From an uncultured Verrucomicrobiae bacterium (GTDB taxonomy: Bacteria; Verrucomicrobiota; Verrucomicrobiia; Chthoniobacterales; JAATET01): a DNA stretch of 64,000 bases. Location of the stretch: contig CAVRCI010000002.1 of assembly GCA_963719495.1 (NCBI GenBank), positions 544,001-608,000 of the forward strand. Direction: 5' to 3'. The notes beneath the pieces were generated by a model, which ran no database searches, was not told the DNA's origin, and worked only from the letters and a program-made list of their open reading frames with translations. Numbering within the stretch: position 1 is the first letter of the stretch; each line of letters starts with the position of its first letter. The position numbers and the translations under genes were made by a program. Of this stretch, positions 30,530 through 41,751 are shown in pieces.

Positions 30530-31363
30530 TCAGCCCTTCACGGCTCCGGCGCTGAGGCCACGGACGAAGAGTTTCATGGTGAACATGAAGATGATGATGA
30601 GTGGGAGCGAGGAGAGGAAAAAGGCAGCCATGATCTTGCCCCATTGCTTGACGTATTCGCCGTCGAGGTAAATGAGGCCGACGCCGAGGGTGAAGAGCTC
30701 CTTGTCGCGGAGGACGATCAGCGGCATAAGGAAGTCGTTCCATTTGCCGAGGAAAGACAGGATGGCGAGCGTGCCGATGATGGGTCCGCTCATGGGGATC
30801 ACGACGTTGACGATCTGGTGGAGGTGGCTAGCACCGTCCATCTCGGCCGCTTCGAAGAGGTCGCTGGGAATCTCCTCGATGAAGTTGCGCAGGACGTAGA
30901 TGTTGAAGACTTGGACGCCGGCGATGCCGAGGATGACGAGGGCCCAGAGGCTGTTGAGCAGGTTGAGGCTCTGGAGGAGGGAGAAAAGCGGGACAATGTT
31001 CGCCACGCCGGGCATGAGCATGAGGACGAGGAAGGCGGACCAGAGGAAGCCTCCGAAGGGCATGCGGTAGCGGGCGAAGAAGTACGCTCCGAAGATGGAG
31101 AAGATGAGGCCGAGGACGGTGCCGGTGACGGCGACGAATACGGTGTTCGCGACGTAGGGGAGAACGAGGTCGTAGGCGAACGCCCAATTCTCCCAGTGCC
31201 ACTGCGACGGCCACGAGGGAAGCCAGGGGTTCGCGAGGAACTCGGCGTTCGTTTTGAAACTGATCTGGATCATCATGTACATCGGCAGCATTTCGATCGA
31301 GAGGATCGACCAGATGAGCAGATGTTTGGGCCAGTTCGAGCCGGTGCGGTTGAGGGCGCTCAT
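30530..31363 (-). CDS. Carbohydrate ABC permease (MalG-like)
   Basis: Multiple TM helices and an EAAEMDGA motif. Confidence 0.93.
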   Translation of the reverse strand: MSALNRTGSNWPKHLLIWSILSIEMLPMYMMIQISFKTNAEFLANPWLPSWPSQWHWENWAFAYDLVLPYVANTVFVAVTGTVLGLIFSIFGAYFFARYRMPFGGFLWSAFLVLMLMPGVANIVPLFSLLQSLNLLNSLWALVILGIAGVQVFNIYVLRNFIEEIPSDLFEAAEMDGASHLHQIVNVVIPMSGPIIGTLAILSFLGKWNDFLMPLIVLRDKELFTLGVGLIYLDGEYVKQWGKIMAAFFLSSLPLIIIFMFTMKLFVRGLSAGAVKG

Positions 31364-32310
31364 TTGGAAACGCGGACGTATTTGTTGTTGATGAGGGTCA
31401 GCACGAGGATGAAGACGAAGAGGATGATGCCGAGGGCGCAGGCGTAGCCGAACTCACGGGCGACGAATGCGCGGTTAAACATCCACAATCCGGGCACCAT
31501 GCCGCGCCCGCCCGGTCCGCCATTTTCTCCCAGGAGAAGGAGCTCGAGGCCGAAGCCTTTGAGCGTGCCGATGATGAGGAGGACGAGCGTGAGGCGGACC
31601 TGGGTCAGGATGAGCGGAAGCTCGATGTGGGTGAATTTCTGGATCGAACTCACGCCGTCGAGGTCGGCGGCTTCGTAGACCTCGGTGCCGATGCTCTGGA
31701 GTCCGGCCAAGTAAATCAGCACGCCGACGGTGCCGATCCACGGGAAACCCCAGATGATGAGCGAGGGCACGATGAGGTCCGGCTGGCTGAGCCACGCGGT
31801 GGGAATGCCTTCGAGGAAGACGCCCCAGTGGAATACGTGGGTGTCGAGCGTGACGAGCAGCGACTTGATTCCGGTGGATTCGAGGACGGTGTTGAGGATG
31901 CCAAGGTTCGGATCGAAGAAGAATTTCCAGATGAAGAGGGTAACCAAGCTTGGCACGATCATCGGAATCACGAGCAGCACGCGATACCAGTATTGCCAAC
32001 GGTCGCCGGTGACGCGGTGGATGAGAACCGCGATGAAAATGGACGGTAGGAGCTTGATGGCGTTGGCGACGACGAGGATCGAGATGACGCCGAACGAGCG
32101 CCAGAGGATGGGGTCGCCCGCGGCGCGGACGAAGTTTTCAAAACCGACGAACTGCTTGAAGTCACCGCCCTGCCAATCGAAGAAACTGTGGTAGATCGCG
32201 CTGATTGCGGGGAAGTAGGCGAACAGGCCAACGACCACCAAGGCGGGGATGATGTAGAGGTAGAGCGGCCACTCGCGGAGTGCCTTCTTGCGGGAAATCG
32301 GGAGTGCCAT
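31360..32310 (-). CDS. Carbohydrate ABC permease (MalF-like)
   Basis: FVGFENF, YEAADLDG and TM helices. Confidence 0.93.
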   Translation of the reverse strand: MALPISRKKALREWPLYLYIIPALVVVGLFAYFPAISAIYHSFFDWQGGDFKQFVGFENFVRAAGDPILWRSFGVISILVVANAIKLLPSIFIAVLIHRVTGDRWQYWYRVLLVIPMIVPSLVTLFIWKFFFDPNLGILNTVLESTGIKSLLVTLDTHVFHWGVFLEGIPTAWLSQPDLIVPSLIIWGFPWIGTVGVLIYLAGLQSIGTEVYEAADLDGVSSIQKFTHIELPLILTQVRLTLVLLIIGTLKGFGLELLLLGENGGPGGRGMVPGLWMFNRAFVAREFGYACALGIILFVFILVLTLINNKYVRVSK

Positions 32311-32343
32311 GCTGGTGCGGAGGAAAGGGAGGGGGCGGTAGGG

Positions 32344-33972
32344 TTATTCGTTCGTGGAACCGTCGGATTCGCTCTCCCTCAGGTGACGACGCAATTCGTA
32401 GAGCGTCGTTTCCTGCTCGTTCTGAGATTCCAGAAGTTCGGCCACGCGAGCGTCGTATCCGGCGGACTGGGCAGGAATGGATTCGCTGAGAACCCCGTAG
32501 GCGGCGAGCGGGATGTCCTTGGATGCGATGTTGCGAGCGGTGCTTTTTTCCGTTCGTTCCAGGTCGATCGTGATGGCGCGCTCGGTTTCCCGACTCACCG
32601 CGGCGACAAACTCCTCGGTCGACCCACGCTGACCGACGAGGCGGTAGAGATTATTTTCGATCACGCGATTGAAGTCGGGAAAGTTTCCTTCGGGCCACAG
32701 TGAGATGCCGGCCGGGTAGCCGTCGGTGACGGGTGCGAAGTCGCGGACGGCTTCGGGGATCTCGACGCCTACGACGGTTGGGATCCACGTGCTGAGCTGC
32801 GTGAACTTGCGGTTGGAAGCCTCCGACGTGAGGAAGCGGAGGAAATCGAGCGCGACGTCGGGATTTTTCGATTGATTGCAGATGCCGAAGGAAAGGCCCA
32901 CGAGCGCATCGGCCTCGGTCGCGGTCCCGAGGATGTATTGTCCGCGCTCCGGATCGTCATCGGTCGGGATCGGCATGGGGAAGGCGCCAATTTCGAAGGG
33001 TGCCTGCTCCCGCATGCTTGTCGCGTCCCAGCTGCCGGACGAAATCATCAGCGCCCGCTGCTGGACGAAGTAGAAGAGCGCGTCGTCGCGACCGAGCGAG
33101 AGAAATCCGGGCTGCAGGTATTGACCGACGTCCTGCGCGAGATCGAGGCCGCTTTGGACGGCGGGATCCCGCCAGCTCCACTCGCCCGCAAGATAGCTGA
33201 GTCCGATCTGATCGGGGGAAGTGTTCAGGTCGGAGACTTTCGCCAGCGAGAGCCGGAGCCGTTGGGTCTGGCTTTCGAAAAGTGCCTCGATCATGGCTGG
33301 CGCGTTGTATTTCGACCCGGCGATGGGGAGGACGCGTTCGCCGGCGGGCGTCCGGTAGGTCTCGGCTCGGCGGCACAATTCGACGAACTCCGCGTAGTTC
33401 CGCGGGATGATGTCGTTGCCAGTGATGGCGCGCAGAAGGTCCCGGTTGTAGTAGACCCGGATCGTGAACATGGCGGACGGAACTCCGAAGACATCCAGCA
33501 ATCCGCTCGAATAGCTCGGGTAGCTGGCAAGGCCGTCCGTGAACGTGTCGCGCCACGGGACGTCGGCGAGGGCCGTCCCGGCATTGTAGGGATTTGGTTG
33601 CTCGACCGCGGCGGTGATGGGTTCGAAATAGCGGGCCAACACCTCGCTCGACGTCCCGGCTCCGAGCTGGATGATGTCCGGCGCCGTGCGGCCGACCAGT
33701 TGGGTCACCATCCAGTTCAGCCACGAACGCTGGGGGACCGCCATTTGGTCGATCTTCACGCCGGGGTGGCTCGCCTCGTATTCCCGAGCGAGAACGTCGA
33801 ACGCGTCGCGCACTCCGCCCTCGAGCTGCCAGTGCGCAAACCGGATGTGGGCGGTGACGCCGCCCTCGGACTCCAGATCGTTCCCGCGGATCGAGAGAAC
33901 GTGCCCGAGCGAGTAGAGGTAGAAGCCTCCCAGCAGAGCGAGGCCAACGCCATTCAGGATCTTGGAAAACAT
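32344..33972 (-). CDS. Extracellular sugar-binding protein (SBP family 1), N-terminally membrane anchored
   Basis: YEASHPGVKI, APDII, YYNRDL, ALDFLRFLTS. Upstream of the permeases. Confidence 0.85.
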   Translation of the reverse strand: MFSKILNGVGLALLGGFYLYSLGHVLSIRGNDLESEGGVTAHIRFAHWQLEGGVRDAFDVLAREYEASHPGVKIDQMAVPQRSWLNWMVTQLVGRTAPDIIQLGAGTSSEVLARYFEPITAAVEQPNPYNAGTALADVPWRDTFTDGLASYPSYSSGLLDVFGVPSAMFTIRVYYNRDLLRAITGNDIIPRNYAEFVELCRRAETYRTPAGERVLPIAGSKYNAPAMIEALFESQTQRLRLSLAKVSDLNTSPDQIGLSYLAGEWSWRDPAVQSGLDLAQDVGQYLQPGFLSLGRDDALFYFVQQRALMISSGSWDATSMREQAPFEIGAFPMPIPTDDDPERGQYILGTATEADALVGLSFGICNQSKNPDVALDFLRFLTSEASNRKFTQLSTWIPTVVGVEIPEAVRDFAPVTDGYPAGISLWPEGNFPDFNRVIENNLYRLVGQRGSTEEFVAAVSRETERAITIDLERTEKSTARNIASKDIPLAAYGVLSESIPAQSAGYDARVAELLESQNEQETTLYELRRHLRESESDGSTNE

Positions 33973-34817
33973 CAGATGGTCGGAACGGCGTTGAGTTCCT
34001 TCAGGCGATCTTTCACGAGTCGGACGCGGGTCTCGCGGGGAAATTCCTTGAGAAAACGCTGATAGGAATCGCGGGCGAGATCCAGGCGACCGACGGCGCG
34101 GGCCAGCTCGGCGGTGCGGACCAGCGTGGATGCTCGCGTCACGTCGCGGGTGATTCCGGAGCGTTGGGCTTCGAGAAGATTGTCCAACGCGCTCGATTTG
34201 TCGTTGAGACGAGTCTCGTCGATCCGCGAGAGAAGCAGGCTGAGATCGCGGCGGGCCGGGAGGTATCGCAGCCCGGCGACTTGATTCTGAAATTCAGCCG
34301 CCCGTTGCTTGACGATTGCATCGTCCGGCTCGGCGGCGAGTCGGATGATGGCGAGCTTCACCAGCGCCAGCTCCGCGAGCGGGTGGGCCGGATCGCGCTG
34401 GCGAACCGCCTCGTAGAGATCCGTCGCGGAGGCGAGGTCGGGTTCGAACGCGTGGATCTGCTCGATCCGCGCCCGGTAGTAGAGCGCCGGAATCGTGAAA
34501 CGATCCGGGGTCTCCTGTCGGGCCAGCGAGTCGAGAATCCCGGCGGCCCGCTCGACGTTGGACTCGGTCTTCGGATTGACGCCCAACAACGTGATGGCCT
34601 CGCCAAAACGGACCTCGCGGGAATCTTCCGCTTCTCTGGCGGCTAGTTCGATGAATCCGGCGTTTGCCTCCGCAACGAGAAGCGAGGCGGTCTCTTCCCA
34701 GTGCCGGATGGTTTGGTCTTCCACATCCTTGGCGAAAATGATCCCCCCGGTCAGAATCGTCGAGGCGGCGACGAGGGGGATAATCGAACTCGGGAGCGAG
34801 CGCTGAGGGAATCGCAT
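33972..34817 (-). CDS. Secreted TPR-like protein, first gene of the ABC operon
   Basis: Signal-like N-terminus and helical repeats (ARDSYQRFLKEFP). Confidence 0.7.
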   Translation of the reverse strand: MRFPQRSLPSSIIPLVAASTILTGGIIFAKDVEDQTIRHWEETASLLVAEANAGFIELAAREAEDSREVRFGEAITLLGVNPKTESNVERAAGILDSLARQETPDRFTIPALYYRARIEQIHAFEPDLASATDLYEAVRQRDPAHPLAELALVKLAIIRLAAEPDDAIVKQRAAEFQNQVAGLRYLPARRDLSLLLSRIDETRLNDKSSALDNLLEAQRSGITRDVTRASTLVRTAELARAVGRLDLARDSYQRFLKEFPRETRVRLVKDRLKELNAVPTI

Positions 34818-34955
34818 CAACTGCTATTAGTGTAACTTTTTGATTGAAACAACAGCGTTCTCGGAATTCTTGGGGGAGGCACCCATCCGGCACTCCCGAT
34901 TACAAATGCGAGTCCCGGCTCCCGCTGGCGGTGCTGTTCCCAATCCCTTCCCACC

Positions 34956-37900
34956 ATGCTTCCCAAGAATCCCTTGCTCCAGCTCGTCTTGCCGCGCGCT
35001 CAATCGGCGCTGCACCGCATCCGCGAACAAATCTGGACCGAGCGGTCGCGTCCGACGGTGCGATTCGGCGGGGCCTTCGCCGAACCGATCTCCGAGCGCG
35101 CCGCGGAGGGTCTGGAGTATCGGGAGATCGCGATTCCGTTCGCTTGGGGGAAGGTTTTCGATCAAGCGTGGTTCGAGATCGAGTGGACGGGTGGCGAGAC
35201 GGCGCAGTTTCTCCGGTGGCACGAGCAAGGTGAGGCCACGCTGTATCTCGACGGCGTGCCGTATTACGGGTTCGACGTCGCGCACCGCTACTGTCCGCTG
35301 CCGACCGGTGGGGGGCGGGGGAGGGTCGAATCACTGTGCCTCCAGAGTGCGATCTGGCATCCCGAAGCGAAGGGATTGAGCCTCGAAGGAAGTCGGATCG
35401 AGGCGGTGACGATCTGCGAACGAAATGAAGCGGCGTGGGCGGCCAGTCACGATCTGGCGGTCTTGTTCGACCTCGCTCTGGAAGAGCATCGCAAGTGTCG
35501 CCCGCTCGAGCATCTCAAGCTGAAGGGAGTCGGCTATCAACCGCCGGTCGAGAACGTGCCGGTGTTGTATCGCCGCCTGCTCCGGGCGCTGGACGACGCG
35601 GTGAACGCCTTGGATCGCGACGGCATCGAGGCCATGCGCGACTCGCTCGCCCAGACCTACGCGGCTTTGGAAGGACGGCACGAAATGGTGCGCGGGGTGC
35701 TCACCGGGCACGCGCACATCGACCTGGTCTGGCTTTGGCCCGAGCGGGTGGGGGAATACAAGGCGGTGCACACCTTTGCGACCGTCAATCGAACGATGGA
35801 GCACTATCCGGAATTCCGTTTCGCCTACAGCCAGCCGGCTTCCTACGCGGCGGTCCGCGAGAGGTCGCCGGCCATGTGGGACATCGTGCAACGGCGCGTG
35901 CGCAGCGGGTCTTGGGAACCGCAGGGAGCTTTGGAGGTCGAGTCCGACACACTCCTGGCCTGCGGCGAGGCGCTTTTGCGCAGCTTCGTGGTGGGACAGC
36001 GGCGCTTCGAGGAGATGTTTGGTCAACCTTCGACGGTGCTTTGGCTGCCGGACGTCTTCGGTTACTCGGGTTGCCTCCCGCAGATGGCGGTCGAGAACGG
36101 GGCAACTCACTTCTTCACGACGAAGCTGACCTGGTCGAACGTGAATCAGTTTCCCTATAGCTCGTTCCGTTGGACCGGGATCGACGGGTCGACGTTGTTG
36201 ACCCACGTCACGCAGGAGAATGGCTACGTGCAAGCCGCCCACGTCAGCGAAATCTCGCGCGGTGCGTCGGCCCACCGGCAGTCGGATCTGCACGACGAAT
36301 TTCTGGCGCCCACCGGCTACGGCGATGGCGGGGGCGGACCGACCGAGGAGATGTGCGAGCGCGTGCGTCGCATGAGGTCGTTGGCCGGGCTCCCCGAAGT
36401 CGGGTGGGGACGCCTCGACGAATTTTTCGGCCGAATGGAATCGATCGCGGACAACCTGCCGGAGTACCGCGGCGAACTTTACCTCGAATATCATCGCGGC
36501 ACCGCGACCACGCACTCCGATCTGAAGCTGCGCTTCCGGGAACTCGAGCGGGCGCTGCAAACGTGGGAAGCGGCTCGGGTCGCCTCGGGTGGACCGCCGA
36601 TCGATGAGCGCTATTGGCAGCGCCTGATCATGGCGCAATTCCACGACTACATCCCCGGAAGCTCCATCGCCGAAGTTTACGAAGAGGGCTTGCCGGAATT
36701 GAAGAAGCTGGCGAGCGAGGCTCTGGCCGAGGCGGAAAAAGACCTCGGCGGTTCGGGGAGTCACGTTTTCAATCCGCTGCCATTTGCCCGGACCGTTCTG
36801 GTCGACTCGAACGAAGGCGAAGACCGCATTGCGCTTGAGCTACCGGCTTTGGGAACGGCTTCGATGCAAGACGCTCAGACGCCATCGGTTCCAGTGTCCA
36901 TCTCGGATCGGCGATTTTCGAGCGGCCGCGTGTCTGTCGCGGTGGGAAGCGACGGAACTTTGCGGAATTTGGAATTCGATGGGCACGCGATGATGCACGA
37001 CGTCGGTCTGGGTCAGCTCTGGATCTATCCGGATTATCCGCACAATTTCGACGCTTGGGACATCGACCGCCAGACGCTGTCGCTCGGTTCGCCGGTTGAA
37101 ACTCCGGTCGAGTGGCTCGATGGGCGGTCAACTCCGAACGAAGCGAGCATCCGGTTCCGTCGGCGGATCGGGGCCGCCAGCACCGTGACGGCCACGGTCA
37201 GCGTCAACGCGTTCGATCCTGTGGTGTTCGTGGACTTGGACCTCGATTGGCGGGAGGAGAACGCTCTGCTCAAAGTGCTCTTTCCGACGAACTACCTCGG
37301 ACGAATGGCGCGATTCGGGGCGCCTTACGGATCGGTGTTGCGCTCGCAACACGCCGGGCAGCCGCGGGACGAAGCCATGTTCGAATCCTGCGCCAGCCGC
37401 TGGGTCAGCGTGATGCACGACGACGAATCGGACGGCTTGGCGGTGATCAGCGAGGCGAAATACGGTTGGAGTTGCCGCGATGGCGCGCTCGGCCTTTCGC
37501 TCATCCGCAGCGTGGCCGTCACGGGGGAGGACGCGCAACATCGCCGACTGATTCCCCCCGGTCTCCGCCGCGGCGAGGAGCACGCCAAGATCAGCGACCT
37601 CGGGCACCACCGAATTCGGTTCGCCTTAGCGCGGCATCATTCGGGCCTCTCACGGGCGGAGAATCCCGCCACTCTGAGCGACGCGATCTTCACCCCACCG
37701 ATCCGCGTTGCCCGCGAGGCTCGGACCGCGTGGTTGCCGGGATTCAGGGGCATGGATTCCGTCGTCATCGCCTGGGTTTCACCGTGCGATGCAGGCCGAT
37801 TTTCGGTGCGGCTCCACGAGACAATGGGCCGCGCCGGCACGATGGAAATTCTCGCTGCCCCGGGGACCATCGTGGACGTTGTCACGATCGGCGGTGAAAT

Positions 37901-37979
37901 CCTCTCAGCCAATGCCCGCAGCGTCGCCATCCGCGGTGGGCAAATCCTGAGCCTCGACGTCAGACGGGGTGACCAATGA
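34956..37979 (+). CDS. GH38 alpha-mannosidase
   Basis: GHAHIDLVWLW, WLPDVFGYSG, YGDGGGGPT, GELYLEYHRG, QFHDYIPGSSI. Confidence 0.93.
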   Translation: MLPKNPLLQLVLPRAQSALHRIREQIWTERSRPTVRFGGAFAEPISERAAEGLEYREIAIPFAWGKVFDQAWFEIEWTGGETAQFLRWHEQGEATLYLDGVPYYGFDVAHRYCPLPTGGGRGRVESLCLQSAIWHPEAKGLSLEGSRIEAVTICERNEAAWAASHDLAVLFDLALEEHRKCRPLEHLKLKGVGYQPPVENVPVLYRRLLRALDDAVNALDRDGIEAMRDSLAQTYAALEGRHEMVRGVLTGHAHIDLVWLWPERVGEYKAVHTFATVNRTMEHYPEFRFAYSQPASYAAVRERSPAMWDIVQRRVRSGSWEPQGALEVESDTLLACGEALLRSFVVGQRRFEEMFGQPSTVLWLPDVFGYSGCLPQMAVENGATHFFTTKLTWSNVNQFPYSSFRWTGIDGSTLLTHVTQENGYVQAAHVSEISRGASAHRQSDLHDEFLAPTGYGDGGGGPTEEMCERVRRMRSLAGLPEVGWGRLDEFFGRMESIADNLPEYRGELYLEYHRGTATTHSDLKLRFRELERALQTWEAARVASGGPPIDERYWQRLIMAQFHDYIPGSSIAEVYEEGLPELKKLASEALAEAEKDLGGSGSHVFNPLPFARTVLVDSNEGEDRIALELPALGTASMQDAQTPSVPVSISDRRFSSGRVSVAVGSDGTLRNLEFDGHAMMHDVGLGQLWIYPDYPHNFDAWDIDRQTLSLGSPVETPVEWLDGRSTPNEASIRFRRRIGAASTVTATVSVNAFDPVVFVDLDLDWREENALLKVLFPTNYLGRMARFGAPYGSVLRSQHAGQPRDEAMFESCASRWVSVMHDDESDGLAVISEAKYGWSCRDGALGLSLIRSVAVTGEDAQHRRLIPPGLRRGEEHAKISDLGHHRIRFALARHHSGLSRAENPATLSDAIFTPPIRVAREARTAWLPGFRGMDSVVIAWVSPCDAGRFSVRLHETMGRAGTMEILAAPGTIVDVVTIGGEILSANARSVAIRGGQILSLDVRRGDQ

Positions 37980-40142
37980 GGGGAAGGGATGAACTCACTT
38001 CTACCCGGATCTCCCGCCGACCATCGCCCCCCTCCAAGATACCCTGCTCGCCACCGGCTGGAAAGCTCCCGAACTCGTTCCCAGAACGGAGCAAAGCTCC
38101 CAAGAGGCTTCGCCCACTTCCCATCTCCCCCGACTACCACCGAAATCGGCTTCGACCCGGTCGCTCCATCGGACGCGTCATTCAGGAGACCATGGGACGA
38201 ACCCGAGTTGCCTTGTTTTCCGGTTTCTCGGGGAGCCTCCCGCCTTCGACTTGACGCCGCTTTCTTTGCCGAAATCTGCGACGAGTGGGTCAACGGAAAG
38301 ATCCACTTCAACAGAAAGTCGTCATACCCGCCTCCAATCTCGGTCGCAACATCTACATTGGAAAAAATTGCGCGGTGGGGCGGGGAGGTCGGGTATTTCG
38401 GGAGCTACGAGCCAAGGCGGCAAACGGATGGCGAACGGATGGCGAACGACCGCGCCCGGTGAGTGTCACTGCTCGTAGATTCGAATGTCTCGGAACGTAA
38501 CGTTCCCGTTCCCATCGAGGTCGTCGTCGCAGACGAATCCCAGATAGTTCGTGGTGCCCGTGAAGAATTGCCCGACCGGGATGATGTAGGTTTTGGCACC
38601 GGGTGAAACGTATTTCGGGCTCACGCTGAACATGTCCGAAGGGGAGCTTTGACTGCCACCGAGATGAAAGACCCGCGTGGAGTTGGTGTGGTCGTTGTCT
38701 TCGTCCAACGAGATGCCGATGATCTCGCCCGCGTTTCTCCCCTGGACTTCGAACTCCAGAACGGTCGTTGCTTTGACATCGTACGGCAGGCTGATCTTTT
38801 TCCAGGCATTGCCCGAGAGGTTGACTCCCTGGCCGGACTCCACGACCTGTCCCGTGGTGGCGAAACCACCACTACCATCCTGTCCGACGCTGTAGCTGGA
38901 GAGGGCAAGACCCGAGAAGTCGAAATACCCGCCGCCAGCGAGGTTGGCAATCTCCAGGGGTGTCAGAACACGATCGAAAATCTGAAGGTCATCGATGCCG
39001 CCGCCGAGCGGGTAGACCCCATTTGGCATCCGACCGACGTTGAGCGGATTGTCGGTCGCGAAGTCCGTGCGAATTTCACCGTCGCTGGTGACGTTGCCAC
39101 CATTGAGATAAAACATAGCGGTCCCCGCAGCGCGATCGACCGAGACGGCGACGTGATTCCATTGGCCCGGGGTGACGACTCCGCCGACGGAACTCCCGCT
39201 GTTGCTGCCACCGCTCCCGTTTTTCGTCTCCAGGATCATCGCGCCATCGGTGGTGTCGTAGGTGTTGACGTAAAATTTGAATTCGTTGGAACTTCCGCCC
39301 GCGGCGTTCGCGAGGATTGTCTGAATGTTTGACCTCCCGGTATCCAGTTTGACGAAGCCCGCGACGGTGAATTTGGAACCGAGATCGAAGCCAGCCACCG
39401 CGGCGTATTGGCTCGCGCTGCCGCTGAGCCGTAGCGCGTGCGTTCCCGTGGGGGCTTCCGGGTCGTAGGAGGCACCGCCAAAAACGGTCGCGGTGTGACC
39501 ATTGCCCGAGGCATCCACGCCACTGTTGTCGAATGGCCAACCAGCGAGGAGGGCGGCCGCTCCGCTCGAGAATCCGCTCTCGGCCGGTCCGTTGCTGGTG
39601 GGGACGTAGTTGGCATCCTTGGTGAGCAGAACCTTGTCGACGGAGAGCCCGTTCTCACGCATCCAGAAGGCGACCGTGTGAAAGCCGGTGCCGGGCACCG
39701 CGAGCACGAGCCGGGTGTTCGTTACCGATCGATTTCTCCACGAATACGCCGTTCCATTAAAGCCACCGAGGCGGGAGTCACCGGAGGCAAGGCTGCCACC
39801 AAGGCCGGGGTGCAATGAGTCCGATGTCCCCGGATTCACCGCCGTCGCTTTATAGCGAACCCAGACGTGATAGGTGCCCGCCGAGTTGAAATTCACATCG
39901 AATTGCATTTCCGGGCTCGAAGTCGGAACGCTCGTGTCGATGACGATATCCATTGCGTCGGGAGGTGCGCAGAGTCCCTTACCACCCGACATCGCGGAGT
40001 CCGTAGCAGATTGCCAGGATAAGCCGCTGCGGGAGATTAGGTTCGTCGCGTTTTCCGCCTCGAGGCTGAAAAAATTTGCCGTCCCTTGTTGGAAGGCACC
40101 GCCGGTGCCAGCCTTCCGTATCTTTATAAAGAGAACGGACCC

Positions 40143-41751
40143 GAATGGCGTTAAGATAAGGCGGATTTGGGAGATTTCCGTTTGGGCCGATTCCTATGTG
40201 GGAGATTGCCCATTTCGGAACGGGGTTTGGTAAGGAGCTGGAAGTTTTTTGGTCGTCGTTTCTTGGCGCGGGGTTCGGATCGCCCGGGGCGCTCGGGGAT
40301 GAGCGAAGCGGCGATCAGAGTGAGCATTTCCTCGATGAGCGCCTGCTGTCTGCGAGGCGTTTTTGCGGCGGCGTGGATGACATCGGCAAAGTGACGGGAG
40401 GTGTCCAGAGTGGCTTTGAAGCTGACCCGATCCAGCGGCGCTTTGTGGTGATGGGCGGCGCGTTGCATGAGCACGCGCACGAGGTTGTAGGCGATGAGGT
40501 GGACAAGGAGTTCTTTCTCAATCATCTCCGGCGTCTTGCAGCGCAAAATGTCCAAAGCCATGAGCGTCTTGATCTGATGAAAATGCAACTCGACGTTCCA
40601 GCGCTCGCCGTAGAGCGCGCGAATGTCGTCGGCGGGGTAGAGTTCGGTGTCGAGCAAGGTCGTCACGACGACGACGCTGCGGGTTCGGAAGCCAGCCGTG
40701 GCGACCGTTAGGCGGATCATCCGCAAGTCCAGCGTGTCGGGCAACGCGGCAAACTCCTCGTCGCTGAAGCCCGCGGGCGCCTTCGCTGGCTTAGTCCACT
40801 GAACGAGCCGATCGTCGGGACCGAGTCGGCGACCTTCCCGGAAGTCGATCTTGCGGGCTTGGTGGAGGCGAAAGACGCCGTCAATGCCGCGTCCAGCCAG
40901 CGTGGCCAGAGTCGTGTAGGAGCAAAAACCGCGATCCCCGAGCAGGACGTCGCCCCGACTCAAACGCGGCCACATCTGGCGAAAGAGCTGACTCTCGTGC
41001 ACGTGTTCGTTGCTAGTGGCGTGGTCGATGAGCGCTCCGCTGCTCAAAGAGAACAAGCCGGTCAGCTTCATGAGCGGAAAACCACATCCCGGCTTCTGCG
41101 AACTGGGTTGCGGCCAGAGGGCTTGGTTCTCCGGCGTATCGGGCATCGAGACGCTCGTCCCGTCGATGATCTTGACGGTGCGTTTACCCAGCCACTTTTC
41201 CGCACTCAACGTGTTGCGATCCAAGCTCCAGGCAATCTGCCGGGCGATGACCTCGAGCACCTCCTTGTCAAAACGGGATCGAGCTTGCGAGTAGGCGCTC
41301 GCGCTCAACGACTGGCCTGCGTGGATCTGCGCCCAGCGCCACCAAGCGGCCACTTTGCTGACAACTTCCCGACACCCCATCCCGGGGCTGAGAACCTGAG
41401 CCACGAAAGCCCAGAACGTCACCCGAGCGGGCAGGCTGCGATCCCGACTCCCAACTCCACTATCCGTGCACGCCAGCGTGGCTGCGGGAATCAAATCACC
41501 AAACAGACTGTAGAGATCCTCCAGACCCTTGATCCGACCAATCTGATCCGCCGCCCGCCTCGGCGCACGACCGAAAAGCAGGGGGCCAAACGCTTGAAAA
41601 AAAGGGGTTTTGTTCGTCATGACCTATCATAACGATAACAATCTCTCCATCAAAGTTTTAAGCTGGATAACGTCGGGGAATCTGCGGCTTTCCATGAGCA
41701 ACCGGTTAGCTGCCTACTTCATCCTAAATCCGCCCTATCTTAACGCCATTC
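40143..41751 (-). mobile_element. IS4-family insertion sequence, 1609 bp, with 30-bp TIRs and an 11-bp TSD
   Basis: TIR GAATGGCGTTAAGATAAGGCGGATTTGGGA (40143-40172) matches the reverse complement of 41722-41751 with 2 mismatches. TSD AGAACGGACCC at 40132-40142 and 41752-41762. Confidence 0.95.
40151..41620 (-). CDS. IS4-family DDE transposase
   Basis: IIDGT (D), GDRGF (D), YGERWNVELHFHQIK (YREK/E). The stop codon lies inside the TIR. Confidence 0.95.
   Translation of the reverse strand: MTNKTPFFQAFGPLLFGRAPRRAADQIGRIKGLEDLYSLFGDLIPAATLACTDSGVGSRDRSLPARVTFWAFVAQVLSPGMGCREVVSKVAAWWRWAQIHAGQSLSASAYSQARSRFDKEVLEVIARQIAWSLDRNTLSAEKWLGKRTVKIIDGTSVSMPDTPENQALWPQPSSQKPGCGFPLMKLTGLFSLSSGALIDHATSNEHVHESQLFRQMWPRLSRGDVLLGDRGFCSYTTLATLAGRGIDGVFRLHQARKIDFREGRRLGPDDRLVQWTKPAKAPAGFSDEEFAALPDTLDLRMIRLTVATAGFRTRSVVVVTTLLDTELYPADDIRALYGERWNVELHFHQIKTLMALDILRCKTPEMIEKELLVHLIAYNLVRVLMQRAAHHHKAPLDRVSFKATLDTSRHFADVIHAAAKTPRRQQALIEEMLTLIAASLIPERPGRSEPRAKKRRPKNFQLLTKPRSEMGNLPHRNRPKRKSPKSALS

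Noticed and set aside
37637..38462. ORFs in the GH38 downstream gap
   Set aside because: No recognisable motifs, mutually overlapping frames and no convincing start signals.
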